A DNA stretch of 64,000 nt, taken from Nostoc sp. GTDB taxonomy: Bacteria > Cyanobacteriota > Cyanobacteriia > Cyanobacteriales > Nostocaceae. The notes beneath the pieces are model-generated. The model was given only the letters and a program-made list of their open reading frames with translations, did no database searches and had not been told where the DNA came from. The number at the start of each line of letters is the position of its first letter. Position 1 is the first letter of the stretch. The stretch covers positions 1-64,000 of the forward strand of contig JBALDB010000001.1 in NCBI GenBank assembly GCA_036918135.1. Reading direction: 5' to 3'. Made by a program: the position numbers and the translations under genes. Positions 41,701-52,295 of this stretch are shown piece by piece.

Positions 41701-43020
41701 TTACGAATTATCAAGTAACTTTCGTGCAAATGCGATCGCCTCTGTTGGTGTTGAGACTTCACCCTCAGCTTGTGCTACAGCAATTTCTGTCAACAGTTTG
41801 CCTACCATTGGCGAAGCTGGAATATCTAATGCTATAATCAACTCCTTCCCGCTCACTAGTGGAGTGGGATGAGCGACCAGATCGTCAGGGTTCAGGTAGC
41901 GGTTGATTAAAGGTGCAAAGACAAGACAACGCGTTGCATAGGTTTCTTCTGTCGTAGCGATCCCTGTGCTTAGCTGCTTGTCGCCAGACATCGCCTCTAC
42001 CAAATTATTAAATGCTACGGCTAGCACTACCGTGGCGGAAAACGCAATATCTGCATCTTGGAATAAAAAGTATTGTTCTCGCAAGGACATATTTGTTACT
42101 TTCAGTTGCGATGATAGTTTCAGAGCAGTGGTTACACCCCGAATTTCGGCGCGACTATAGGTAAGTTGTTGTAGTTCTATTTCTGCTAATTCCGGATCTG
42201 GGTTAACAAGACAAGCAAGTTTAGCAATGGCTAACCAAGTAGTTTTGATACTGTCCTTGACATACGCTTGTAGTTGTACCCCTAGTTGTTGCCAATTTTG
42301 GGCGAGTAAAACTGCTGCATTGTCAACTGCTGCTAGTTTATTTAAGCTTTCACGGGTGGCGTTTTTGAACAAAGGGGTAAGTAAACCATCTTCCCAAGCA
42401 GCCGTTACCCAGAGAGTACCTTGAGAATTTGCCAATAAATAACCGATTTCTACCCGAAATCGTTCTGCTGCAACTTTAGCGATCTGTGATGCCAAAGAAC
42501 GAATTGTAGTTTGAGTAGCTGACTCAATAGTAAAATCTAGTTGGGCCGCTTGGCGATAAGCTCGCATTAACCGCAAAGGGTCATCTTCGAGGTTAGCAGG
42601 TGATACCATTCGCAAAATGCCCCGTTGCAAATCTGCATAGCCTTGCAGAGGATCGATGATTTCTTGCGTATGGGGATTATAGGCGATCGCATTGATTGTA
42701 AAGTCTCGTCTGTGCAAGTCAACTTCTAAACTATTTCCTTCCTGTTCGGCAAAGTCAGCTGTGGCGTGGGGAAAAACCACACGCGCTATTTGTCGTTCTG
42801 CATCGAGTAAGACAAAACCAGCATTGTAATGATGGGCGATTGCTCTAGCAACCTTTACCGCGTTAGATGGGATAACAAAATCTAAATCCAGGTATTCGCG
42901 AGTTCTGCCAAGGATAGCATCTCGTACAGCACCACCTACCAAATATGCGGGTTGTGGCAAAAATGCCAAGCTAAAAGGCCAATTTTCGGGGGCTAGTGTA
43001 GAAGCAACAAAAGAACGCAT
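41701..43020 (-). CDS. tRNA nucleotidyltransferase (probably the CC-adding type)
   Basis: YLVGGAVRD..DLDF, DLHRRDFTINA, DDPLRLMR; no DHH/CBS extension. Confidence 0.88.
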   Translation of the reverse strand: MRSFVASTLAPENWPFSLAFLPQPAYLVGGAVRDAILGRTREYLDLDFVIPSNAVKVARAIAHHYNAGFVLLDAERQIARVVFPHATADFAEQEGNSLEVDLHRRDFTINAIAYNPHTQEIIDPLQGYADLQRGILRMVSPANLEDDPLRLMRAYRQAAQLDFTIESATQTTIRSLASQIAKVAAERFRVEIGYLLANSQGTLWVTAAWEDGLLTPLFKNATRESLNKLAAVDNAAVLLAQNWQQLGVQLQAYVKDSIKTTWLAIAKLACLVNPDPELAEIELQQLTYSRAEIRGVTTALKLSSQLKVTNMSLREQYFLFQDADIAFSATVVLAVAFNNLVEAMSGDKQLSTGIATTEETYATRCLVFAPLINRYLNPDDLVAHPTPLVSGKELIIALDIPASPMVGKLLTEIAVAQAEGEVSTPTEAIAFARKLLDNS

Positions 43021-43106
43021 TGTAATAAAAATCAACCCGGCAACTAATGAATAACAGTCGGGCTTAAGCTAGATTAACAATAAAGGCCCCTGGAGTTGTT
43101 TCTATT

Positions 43107-43355
43107 ATGTGTATTTGCGTGAACTGCCACTATGTAGATCGCTGTCTCACCTATCATGCCGTAGAAGGGCAGCACCAACAACCTCACTTGACTCAAACAC
43201 CAAACTTTGACCCTAATGAACCTTCTATCAACGTCAACATCCGCACTAAAGACGATCTGATTGAAATGGAATGGGATGTTGTTGGTTGTCTGAGCTTTAA
43301 GCGGGAAATGGGTAAGTGGTCGAAGTTGCGTCCTGGTGAATTAGTGCCAACTTGA
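43107..43355 (+). CDS. ycf34: Ycf34 family protein
   Basis: MCICVNCHYVDRCLTYHAVE...EWDVVGC. Confidence 0.95.
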   Translation: MCICVNCHYVDRCLTYHAVEGQHQQPHLTQTPNFDPNEPSINVNIRTKDDLIEMEWDVVGCLSFKREMGKWSKLRPGELVPT

Positions 43356-43551
43356 AAAGTTAACAGTAGTATGTTATTTCTCAGCCCAATAATACTAGAA
43401 CCTTAACAATTCAATTCCAAGTTTCTTGACAAAAATCTTTACCAAAGATGAATCGGCTGTAGGGGCATACAGTTAGCTGTACGCCCCTACCCATGTATCT
43501 ATATTAGATACTTTTTCAAATGAGATTAATGGGACTTAAACAAAAAGAGGG

Positions 43552-43647
43552 ATAGTAATTGTCGATGCGGGATATGGCGACAATACATTTTTCTTATTAG
43601 AGTTAGAGAAGCGAGAATTAAAGTATTTAGGAGGATTGGCGAAAAAG
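43552..43647 (+). mobile_element. IS701-family transposase fragment
   Basis: IVIVDAGYGDNTFFLLELEKRELKYLGGLAK. Confidence 0.65.
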
Positions 43648-43649
43648 TA

Positions 43650-43831
43650 TAAACTAGTTTCGGTTTTACTTGCTCTCAAATTCCAAAATACTTGAAAACT
43701 TCCTCGGCATACATACTAAGAGGTACACTTGTTGGTTCACCTATGGTGATTTTCTTGACAATTGCTTAGTTAAGTCTTGAAAACTGGAGATGCCAGTTAA
43801 ACTTGTAGGTACAATCAAAGCTACCCTACTT
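43650..43831 (-). pseudogene. Fragment of a molybdate-binding protein (ModA-like)
   Basis: RVALIVPTSLTGISSFQDLT / VKKITIGEPTSVP...YAEEVFKYFGI*EQVKPKLV. Confidence 0.6.
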
Positions 43832-43949
43832 TTCATCTTTCAGAAATCAAATACGATTCCGATAGTAACGAGATATACTTCGTACCAATTGCAACAGTGA
43901 GCAAATGCTGTCCTTGTGTATTACCAGTAACTTATTAACCCTCTTCTAT

Positions 43950-44080
43950 TAAATAGAATGGTGTGGAAAAACAAAACTATGTTAAGAAAAATTAAATAAA
44001 TTTAAACCCTCTTCCCTCTTGCCTCCTGCCTCCTGCCTCCTGCCTCATCCCAACGATAAATATTCACACCGACCTACTTA
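43950..44080. repeat. MITE with CTGCCTC heptamers
   Basis: TAAATAGAATGGTGTGG...CACACCGACCTACTTA. Confidence 0.6.
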
Positions 44081-44171
44081 TTACTACGATCTCTCTATCG
44101 GCCAATAGCCTGATTTCTCAATCAAAGCTACACTACCATCGGAAATTGCTAAGATTTAGAGGTAGCAGCAG

Positions 44172-44774
44172 ATGATTGATCTTTACACCTTCACCACGCC
44201 CAATGGACGCAAAGCTTCCGTGATGCTCGAAGAAGTCGAATTGCCCTACAATGTCCACAAAATTGACATTACTACTCAACAGCAATTTACACCTGAATAT
44301 ATTGCCATCAATCCCAATAGTAAAATTCCCGCTATTGTTGACCAAGAGACTGGGATTAAAGTTTTTGAATCTGGTGCAATTCTAATTTACTTAGCTGAAA
44401 AAACAGGTTGTCTGTTACCTACTGAGCAAAAAAGCCGTTTTCAAGTTCTAGAGTGGCTAATGTTCCAAATGGCAGGAGTCGGGCCAATGTTTGGACAACT
44501 TAACCACTTTAAACGCTTTGCACCCGAAAAAATTCCCTATGCTATCGAGCGTTACGAAAAGGAAACTTTACGCATTTATGGTGTCTTAGATAAACAACTG
44601 CAAGACAATGAATTTATCTGTGGTAACTATTCTATTGCAGATGTTGCAACTTATCCGTGGGTAGCAATTTATGAATTTCAAGATTTAACACTCGACAATT
44701 ACCCAAATCTCAAACGTTGGGTAGAGACAGTACAGCAACGTCCGGCTGTGCAACGCGGAATGCAAGTCCCTTAA
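44172..44774 (+). CDS. Glutathione S-transferase (YfcG/Nu class)
   Basis: TTPNGRK, NPNSKIPAI, FESGAIL, WLMFQMAGVGPM. Confidence 0.93.
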   Translation: MIDLYTFTTPNGRKASVMLEEVELPYNVHKIDITTQQQFTPEYIAINPNSKIPAIVDQETGIKVFESGAILIYLAEKTGCLLPTEQKSRFQVLEWLMFQMAGVGPMFGQLNHFKRFAPEKIPYAIERYEKETLRIYGVLDKQLQDNEFICGNYSIADVATYPWVAIYEFQDLTLDNYPNLKRWVETVQQRPAVQRGMQVP

Positions 44775-45304
44775 AAAAAACAGGCGGCGCAACAAACTCT
44801 CGCTCAAGGAATACTTATATTAGTTTCCTTCGATGCTGCCAGTATTACCTCTAGTCAAACCCTTTGGGGAATTAAAAATTAAAAATTAAAAATTCACGCA
44901 TTAAAGAGATTAGTGGGGGCTTACACCCACCACTAATCTAAGACCCCCAAATTAGAGATTGTGGCTCTTTCTTGTACCTAGAATTAATTCAAAAATTTTC
45001 TTATTCTTCTTAAGTGCATTTTGAATTTAAAAAAGGTCAAGCCTATATCTTTGCCAATTTGATATGCGGTCGTCAGCTTCAGAATTCTCGGATATTGCAC
45101 ATTTGGAAATCCCTGAGTAGGAGAATTGTAAATACACCTTAAAGTTTGTTCACTTAAATCTCCATCTTCAGCAATCTGATTATCTGGATTTGTCTAATGT
45201 ACTGGCTGTATCTTAAGTTGCCCTAAAAGAGCTTGCTAGTGATGAGCAGAGTCAGAAAACAGCTATGAGCATATACTCGTTGTCCGTTTCTTTTTCTGCT
45301 GACT

Positions 45305-46309
45305 CTACGGACGATTTCCAAAAGGGTACTGATGCCCTAAGATGGGATGTGGTGTGTAAGGCTCTTCTAGGAATTTGCGCTCTCCATCGGAAAGCTCTAA
45401 ATCTATTGCCTTGACAGCCTCTTTGAGATGTTCTATCTTACTAGCGCCAACGATCGGAGAGGTTACACCTGGTTGATGCAATAGCCAAGCTAGGGCAATT
45501 TGTGTTGGTTTAACACCCCGTTTTGCTGCTAATTCAAAGACGCGATCGACTACTTGAAAGTCTGAATCTTGATAGTACAGATTGTGAGCAAATTCGTCCG
45601 TTTTTGCACGCACAGTTTCACCATAGTCTGTCTTGCTGCGATTTCCTGCTAAAAATCCCCGCGCCAAGGGACTCCAAGGAATAATACCAATCCCTTGATC
45701 TAACGCTAGGGGTATCACTTCTCGTTCTTCTTCTCGATAAACTAGGTTGTAGTGATTTTGAATGGAGACAAAACGAGTCCAGCCGTGAATATCTGCTATA
45801 TAGAGGGCTTTCGCAAGTTGCCATGCAAAAACGCTAGAAATTCCTAAGTAACGGACTTTACCTGCTTTGACAATATCATGCAGTGCTTCTAGGGTTTCTT
45901 CAATTGGTGTTTCATAATCCCAACGGTGAATTTGGTACAAATCTACGTAATCTGTTTGTAACCTCCGCAATGAGGCATCGATGCTATCAAAAATGTGTTT
46001 ACGAGATAGTCCTTGGTCATTGGGGCCATCACCTACTTTGTTGAATACTTTTGTAGCAATAACGACCCGATCTCTTTGAGCAAAATCTTTCAGCGATCGC
46101 CCCAAAATTTCTTCGCTGACACCCACAGAATAGACATCAGCAGTATCAAAAAAGTTAATTCCTAAATCTAGGGCTAGTTTAATAAATGGGCGGCTCTCTT
46201 CTTCTTCTAATACCCATTCTCGCCATTTACGAGAACCGTAAGTCATTGTACCGAGAGCTAGACGTGATACTTTCAGTCCAGTTTTGCCAAGATTGACGAA
46301 TGTTGTCAT
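45305..46309 (-). CDS. Aldo/keto reductase
   Basis: LGTMTYG, FFDTADVY, IATKV, DLYQIHR, QNHYNL, PWSPLARG. Confidence 0.95.
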   Translation of the reverse strand: MTTFVNLGKTGLKVSRLALGTMTYGSRKWREWVLEEEESRPFIKLALDLGINFFDTADVYSVGVSEEILGRSLKDFAQRDRVVIATKVFNKVGDGPNDQGLSRKHIFDSIDASLRRLQTDYVDLYQIHRWDYETPIEETLEALHDIVKAGKVRYLGISSVFAWQLAKALYIADIHGWTRFVSIQNHYNLVYREEEREVIPLALDQGIGIIPWSPLARGFLAGNRSKTDYGETVRAKTDEFAHNLYYQDSDFQVVDRVFELAAKRGVKPTQIALAWLLHQPGVTSPIVGASKIEHLKEAVKAIDLELSDGERKFLEEPYTPHPILGHQYPFGNRP

Positions 46310-47715
46310 ACTGTTTGCTCTACTTTTCGTGGAGTTACTCGATAACTTTGTGATAATTTACGAGCTATTTGCGAGGCTCGATTCGCTTCATCGATGCGTC
46401 CTAGCTCGTGGTATGTATTAGCTAATTCCCGCTGAATTACTGGAATATTATTGCGTTTCGCTTTGCGCTTTTCTAAAATATTCAGTGCTTTGTGATACTG
46501 ACGATCGCGAATCAGCGCGTCAAGATAAACTTGCTCAAATAAATCTCGTTGGGCATGAGAGCCACCTGTAGACTGTAACTCTGGCAACACTGGCTCTAGT
46601 TGAGTGAGCGCACTTTGCCAATCTCCACGAGCATGAGCAAGCATCCCTTTAGCCGCTGGTACTCCTACTTCTGCCCAAGTGCGGCGGGCATAAGGTAATA
46701 CTTTCTCGGCATGAGTTTGCATACTCTCTAATAGTTCAGCTGCCCAGTCATCTTTACCACCCCGCACCAGTGCATAGATATATTGTAAATCCAGGAATGC
46801 CAGAACGTGTTCGTGTAGCCGTGGTTCTAGGTAAGCAGCAAGTTCTTGCCAGCGCGAACCTACATCGACACCGCGTAACTCTAGCCGTAGCAACAAGGCG
46901 ATCGCATTAATTTGCTCGCGTCCATTGTCTTTTTTAGCACGTCCCCAGATGCGGGTATCATATATTTCTAGTACCTGAGCAAAATTTTCAATATCTAGGT
47001 AGAAAAGGGATGTGTGCCACCAAAGATGTCCGTAAAAAGCCGAGCTAGCGTATTCCCAAGTGTCGCTGAGGCTTTCCATTAAGACAATCCCCTCTTCTAA
47101 CCGTCCTTGAGCTTCTAGGACATGAGCAACAGCGTGGTGTGCCCAACGGTTGTCTCTTTTGAGGGCGATCGCTTTTCTGGCATATATTTCTGCTTCTTCG
47201 ATCCGATGACACTCTTCTAGCCCAAAAGCCAGCATCCCGTATATATAAGGGTTGTCTTGATTGGCGGCGAAAACTTTCTCCGCAATCCGCAACATCCCTT
47301 GACTGTCACCAGAATTTCGATAGTGGTATTGAGCCAGATGTACCGAGGCTAAATCACGGGGAAATACATCGGCAATCGCTTCATGGTAGGCGATCGCGCT
47401 CTTGATATCGCGCTTTGCCCAAGCTTCAATTGCAGCAACGTAAAGTTTTTCGCGCTCATTAGCATGTATGATATTAGCTTTCGCCAGATCAAGATAAAAT
47501 ATTGCTTGGGTTAAGGCATGACTGCCACCAGCAAACAGATAAAAAGCAGCAACTTGAGCATTGGCGATGACGCTAGTTGGATCTGCCTCAACTGCTTTGA
47601 GAATAAGTTGAGCATCGTTACCAACACCCAATAATTGATCGACAAAGCCATTGATAGCATCTACTGCTACTGATGAATTGCTAGTAATTTCGAGTCCAGA
47701 TGAATCTTTAATCAT
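46306..47715 (-). CDS. TTC38-like tetratricopeptide protein
   Basis: GMLAFGLEE, WAHHAVAHVLE, HLWWHTSLF, GGSHAQRDLF. Confidence 0.85.
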   Translation of the reverse strand: MIKDSSGLEITSNSSVAVDAINGFVDQLLGVGNDAQLILKAVEADPTSVIANAQVAAFYLFAGGSHALTQAIFYLDLAKANIIHANEREKLYVAAIEAWAKRDIKSAIAYHEAIADVFPRDLASVHLAQYHYRNSGDSQGMLRIAEKVFAANQDNPYIYGMLAFGLEECHRIEEAEIYARKAIALKRDNRWAHHAVAHVLEAQGRLEEGIVLMESLSDTWEYASSAFYGHLWWHTSLFYLDIENFAQVLEIYDTRIWGRAKKDNGREQINAIALLLRLELRGVDVGSRWQELAAYLEPRLHEHVLAFLDLQYIYALVRGGKDDWAAELLESMQTHAEKVLPYARRTWAEVGVPAAKGMLAHARGDWQSALTQLEPVLPELQSTGGSHAQRDLFEQVYLDALIRDRQYHKALNILEKRKAKRNNIPVIQRELANTYHELGRIDEANRASQIARKLSQSYRVTPRKVEQTV

Positions 47716-47964
47716 TGTTTTTCCCAAAGTATTGCATAGCTACAAGCATTACTTTGCAAAAGCTAGGTTATTAACTACTGTACATCAATCTGCTTACCGT
47801 AGTTAATAATTGTTAGGTTCAGAAAAGCGCAACTACACAAATAAAATCTGTAAATATAGGTTTCAAAACCTAAATTTTTCTTTTATATAGCGGTAAATCC
47901 TATTTATTAAGGCTTGAATTAACTACTCTCGTTGGCATTAGTTTTTTACAGAAGTTATTTTTTC

Positions 47965-48207
47965 TCCTTTTTAACTGTTTCTATTGCCCGGAAACCAGAA
48001 CCATTAACATACATTTCTAGGCACTCGATTTTAATATCCTCCCTATATCTTTTTTGGTTATAAGATTCGATGAACTGATGTTTACAGTCAACACATATGT
48101 AATGCAAGTTTACTACACTGCCGCCCATTCTTATGAATATGAGTTGATGCACACTTTGGACATTTCATAGCGATCGCCCTAATTTATATTTCTATTCTGC
48201 AACGTCC
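47965..48207 (-). mobile_element. IS1-family remnant (one end plus frameshifted InsA-like N-terminus)
   Basis: GGACGTTGCAGAATAG end; MKCPKCASTHIHKNG / YICVDCKHQF...CLEMYVNGSGFRAIE. Confidence 0.75.
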
Positions 48208-48297
48208 TTGAAAGAATATAACACTTGTTTAGCTACCGATTTTTGCAACATAACTATCACTCTAACCTCTCATCAATGGAGCTGCACCCAATTGATT

Positions 48298-49245
48298 TTA
48301 ATTGTGCAAAGAATTATAAGCTTCATTGAGTTTGGTGGCTGATTCTTCTAATAAGCGTTGTTCATGAGCATTTCTTGATAACAGCAGTTGGCGCTCAATA
48401 CCTGTTGAGCCAATAATACATGGAAGTCCAAAAACAACTTCACTGCCAACTCCATAGTTAGAATCTGCTCTGGCCGATACTGGAAATATCTGCTTTTCAT
48501 CTCGTAGGATGGTATCAACTAACTGACAAACTACTATTGATATACCGTAGCTAGTATTTCCTTTGCGTTCAAAAATGTTATAGCCTCGTTGACGAGTTAA
48601 CTGTGCGTACTCTTGCTGAATTTGTTCTAGCGTTGTTCCTTGTGGGATGGGAAATTCAGTTAACGGAATTCCCCCGATAAATGCACTAGACCAAACGACA
48701 AATTCGCTGTCTCCATGCTCTCCAATTACATAAGCATGAACGTCTTGTTTGGCAACATTCAGTCGCTTTCCAAGTTGATATCTCAGTCTGCCAGTATCGA
48801 GAACGGTTCCCGAACCGAAAATTAGATTTTCTGCTCTGGTGGAAGTAGCGATCGCAATCCGCGTGAGTACATCCACTGGATTGCTAACGATAAGTATGAT
48901 TGAATTCGGTGCAACTCGATCCAATTCTTTGATTGTCGAACGTATAATCTCTGCATTGTCGCTCAATGTATCTAATCGGGTCTGTCCTTGTTTATGCTGC
49001 ACCCCAACAGTCACGACAATGATATCTGAATCAGCTAGATCTTCATATTGATTTGATGGTATAATTTCCATCTCTTTAAGTAGGGGAATGCTGTCTTCAA
49101 TATCCCATACTTGCCCCTCGGCTTTTGATAAGGTTCGGTCAAAAAGAACCACTTTTACACATCTACCAAGTATGACTAAAGCATTTGCAACGTCTGCACC
49201 TACATTACCTGCACCAATAATACCGACTTTAGATGTTTTACTCAT
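48298..49245 (-). CDS. L-lactate/malate dehydrogenase family protein
   Basis: IIGAGNVG, GQTRLD, VSNPVD, SGTVLDTGR, GEHGDS, KGNTSYGI. Confidence 0.9.
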   Translation of the reverse strand: MSKTSKVGIIGAGNVGADVANALVILGRCVKVVLFDRTLSKAEGQVWDIEDSIPLLKEMEIIPSNQYEDLADSDIIVVTVGVQHKQGQTRLDTLSDNAEIIRSTIKELDRVAPNSIILIVSNPVDVLTRIAIATSTRAENLIFGSGTVLDTGRLRYQLGKRLNVAKQDVHAYVIGEHGDSEFVVWSSAFIGGIPLTEFPIPQGTTLEQIQQEYAQLTRQRGYNIFERKGNTSYGISIVVCQLVDTILRDEKQIFPVSARADSNYGVGSEVVFGLPCIIGSTGIERQLLLSRNAHEQRLLEESATKLNEAYNSLHN

Positions 49246-49438
49246 TATGCTATATCTACTTTTTTGTAACTAACGCAATGGGTTAATGTTCACTCTAAAA
49301 CTAATCCTTTCGAGTCAAGATTATTGAAGCGATGACTTCGTTTTAAAGAGTGGATTATCTTTGCGAACAACTTTTTAATTTGCAGCCTTTAAATGCTCTT
49401 GTACCACAAGAGTCCTTGAGTCTGCAATTGCTGTCTGC

Positions 49439-50872
49439 TTACAACTTGGAAAACAATATATTTAACCCTTCGGTCATCGTGGGATGAGTCAAAATACCAT
49501 CGCGCAGAACAGTGTAGGGCATCTGAGCTTGCATTACCATCTGCACCGTTGAAATCACTTCACCTGCTTCATGACACAACAGGGAACACCCTAGAATACG
49601 ACCTGTATCTGTATCGACGATCGCCTTCAGAAGTCCATCAGTTTGACCGAGTGTTTTCGCTCTCGGAACGGCTGACGCATCCACCTTCACCACGCGGATA
49701 GCATATCCTTGTTGCTGTGCTTCAGTTTCAGTCAAACCCACATGAGCCAGTTCTGGATCGATGAATAGACAAGATGGAACTAATCGATCCAGTGTACTAC
49801 GGTTGCCGCCATCAATTAAATTAGCTTTGATAATGCGATAATCATCGAGCGATATATGAGTGTATTGCGGGCCGCCGTTGATGTCGCCTAACGCCCAAAT
49901 CCCCGGAATGTTCGTCTCTAAGCGATGGTTGACTTGAATAAATCCGCGTGTATCGGTTGCCACACCAGCAGCAGCTAAATTTAAGCTCTCGCTATTGGGC
50001 GCACGACCAACGGCGACGAGCAAATGCGACCCCTGGATGGTAATTTCACGATCGCCAACTTGGATTTGCAGGATGGTTTCATTACTAGTGCGATTCTCCA
50101 AAGGAGACGCTTCTCTGCGAGAGGCTCCGCCAACGCGAACGACCCTCAACACCTTCGCCTTCAGCAAGAATTCAATACCATCTTGTTCCAGCAATGTTTG
50201 AACTGCGATCGCTATATCTGAATCTTCCTGTGACAGGATTTGCTCACTTTGCCCAATGACAGTAACACGAGAGCCAAAGCGTCGAAACATCTGGGCAAAC
50301 TCTAAACCAATATAGCCACTACCGAGAACGATCAGGTGTTCAGGCAGGTGTTCTAGCTCCATAATCGACTCACTCGTTAAAAACTCAACTTCTGTGAGTC
50401 CGGGAATAGATGGAATTAATGGTCGTGTGCCTGTATTAATAAATAACCGTTCGGCAGTAAGTAAGCGAGTGTTTCCCTCAGCCGTCGTCACTTCAATTGT
50501 TTTGGCAGCAACAAACCTTGCTGTGCCAATGAGCAAGTTGTTATTCAGAGCCGTTTCTAAATTGTGCAAGTTTATTTCACGCGCAGATTGCACAACCGTT
50601 CGTTTTCGTTTGATTACCTCTGCTAGATCAACGATGGGTGTATTAGCTTTAACACCATAAGCGGCACTGTTTCGCACTGTGTTTGCTACATTAGCACTCG
50701 CCACCATAGTTTTAGTCGGAATGCAGGCAATATTAATGCACCCGCCACCAATCATATTTAAACTGCGTTCAACCAGAGCGGTTTTACGTCCGTCAGCAAC
50801 TAACGCCGGTGCAAGTGTTTTACCCGCTTTGCCGCCGCCGATAATAATGTCGTCATAGTGTTGAGCGTTCAC
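49439..50872 (-). CDS. Pyridine nucleotide-disulfide oxidoreductase (mercuric reductase/RclA-like)
   Basis: GGGKAG, GGGCINIACIPTK, GSGYIGLE, WALGD, THPTMTE. Confidence 0.9.
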   Translation of the reverse strand: MNAQHYDDIIIGGGKAGKTLAPALVADGRKTALVERSLNMIGGGCINIACIPTKTMVASANVANTVRNSAAYGVKANTPIVDLAEVIKRKRTVVQSAREINLHNLETALNNNLLIGTARFVAAKTIEVTTAEGNTRLLTAERLFINTGTRPLIPSIPGLTEVEFLTSESIMELEHLPEHLIVLGSGYIGLEFAQMFRRFGSRVTVIGQSEQILSQEDSDIAIAVQTLLEQDGIEFLLKAKVLRVVRVGGASRREASPLENRTSNETILQIQVGDREITIQGSHLLVAVGRAPNSESLNLAAAGVATDTRGFIQVNHRLETNIPGIWALGDINGGPQYTHISLDDYRIIKANLIDGGNRSTLDRLVPSCLFIDPELAHVGLTETEAQQQGYAIRVVKVDASAVPRAKTLGQTDGLLKAIVDTDTGRILGCSLLCHEAGEVISTVQMVMQAQMPYTVLRDGILTHPTMTEGLNILFSKL

Positions 50873-51039
50873 TTCAATATCCTTTGAGTTCGATCGGGTG
50901 AATACGATTTTTAGAAGGTGTTATGAATTTCAGAAAAAACTGACTAAGAGGGTTTTAGCGATAATCTATTTGACGAGCGTAACTCAAGATGCTTGCCCTA
51001 GCTAGCTTGACAAAAAATGCATAACACCCACTACAAGAT

Positions 51040-51405
51040 TCAACTTTTTTTACAAGCCTGCTTCATCAAGATACGGTTATTTTTATACACCTCTAAAGTT
51101 CCAGACTGCGGATTATCTAACGTGCCATCCCACACCCAGTATTGATAAATTCCATTTTGAAACTTATACACTCGAACACCTTCTGTCGCTTGGCTAGTTC
51201 CTTTGCCCAAACTTAAATTACCGTTGGGACTAGTGGCGCGATAAAGCAGTTCACCTGAAGTATGATTCTGCCAAATATTTACGTTGTAGCCGCCCCGGCA
51301 TTTCGTACTTAGGACGATACCAGCAGTAGAATCAGCAGAAGCAGGTAAGGAAAAATTAGCTAAGATACTGATTGGCAGGGTAAGAAGTAACGCAGATGTT
51401 TTCAT
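51040..51405 (-). CDS. Secreted hypothetical protein
   Basis: Signal peptide ending LPASA; small beta-rich domain with two Cys. Confidence 0.7.
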   Translation of the reverse strand: MKTSALLLTLPISILANFSLPASADSTAGIVLSTKCRGGYNVNIWQNHTSGELLYRATSPNGNLSLGKGTSQATEGVRVYKFQNGIYQYWVWDGTLDNPQSGTLEVYKNNRILMKQACKKS

Positions 51406-51433
51406 GAGTGTTGTAAAATTAATAAGTTTGACA

Positions 51434-51553
51434 TTATTTTATTGCTGCTACAACTTCATCTGTAGACAGAACTGCATTGGCGATATACCCAAAGTTGATC
51501 GGTACTGCCTTATAGCCGTCACCCAGTATTGGATGTTGAGGAGCAGCTGTTGC
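51434..51553 (-). pseudogene. C-terminal fragment of an isochorismatase-like cysteine hydrolase
   Basis: ATAAPQHPILGDGYKAVPINFGYIANAVLSTDEVVAAIK*. Confidence 0.55.
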
Positions 51554-51555
51554 AT

Positions 51556-52035
51556 TTAAAGATTGAGGTCTGACAATCCGGGATGATCGTCAGGACGACG
51601 ACCTAGTATCCAGTGGTATTTGCGTTCGCTCTGGTGAATTGGCAGGTCGTTGATGCTGGCAATACGCCATTGCATGAATCCGCGTTCGTCAAACTCCCAA
51701 TTTTCATTGCCGTAGGAACGGAACCAGTTGCCGGAATCATCATGCTATTCGTAAGCAAATCGGACAGCAATGCGGTTGTCTTGAAAAGCCCAAAGCTCTT
51801 TGATTAGACGGTATTCCAATTCTTTAAGCCACTTACGTGTTAAGAACTGGACGATCGCCTCACGACCAGATAGAAATTCTGAGCGGTTGCGCCAATTGCT
51901 ATCTGAGGTGTAAGCGAGTGATACTAGTTCAGGGTTACGCGTGTTCCAACCATCCTCTGCGATTCGGACTTTTTGGATAGCGGATTCATTATCGAAAGGT
52001 GGCAGGAGTAGTTGAGGAGTTTCGAGGTTGTTCAT
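51556..52035 (-). pseudogene. DUF1348 (SnoaL-like) gene with an internal TAG
   Basis: AEDGWN...[42 protein letters not shown] at 51745-51747 where Trp is expected. Confidence 0.85.
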
Positions 52036-52214
52036 AGTATGTAAGCGGTAGAATCGCGATCGTCTCAGCATAGTTGAATTAAAATTACAACAGATTTCAA
52101 GTCAGGTGAAGTACACAAACTAAGTCCCAAAGCTAGGTATGAACCCTGTTTTACTTCTGAATTCTGCTGTAAGTGCGTGCCGACCGAATTACCTCAAAAG
52201 CTGTTTGATACAGT

Positions 52215-52295
52215 TCAATGAATACTATCCGCGATGTGCAGCATTTCCCCAGATGCCCCCGTCACAATTACGATTTTTCCGTCTAGTTTTTTCAT
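52215..52295 (-). pseudogene. Internally deleted short-chain dehydrogenase (81 bp)
   Basis: MKKLDGKIVIVTGAS joined to GEMLHIADSIH*; ATG overlaps the upstream stop. Confidence 0.65.

Noticed and set aside
45035..45290. Possible peptidoglycan-binding protein remnant (NPDNQIAEDG...PRILKLT) on the minus strand
   Set aside because: Too short and degraded to call without a search.
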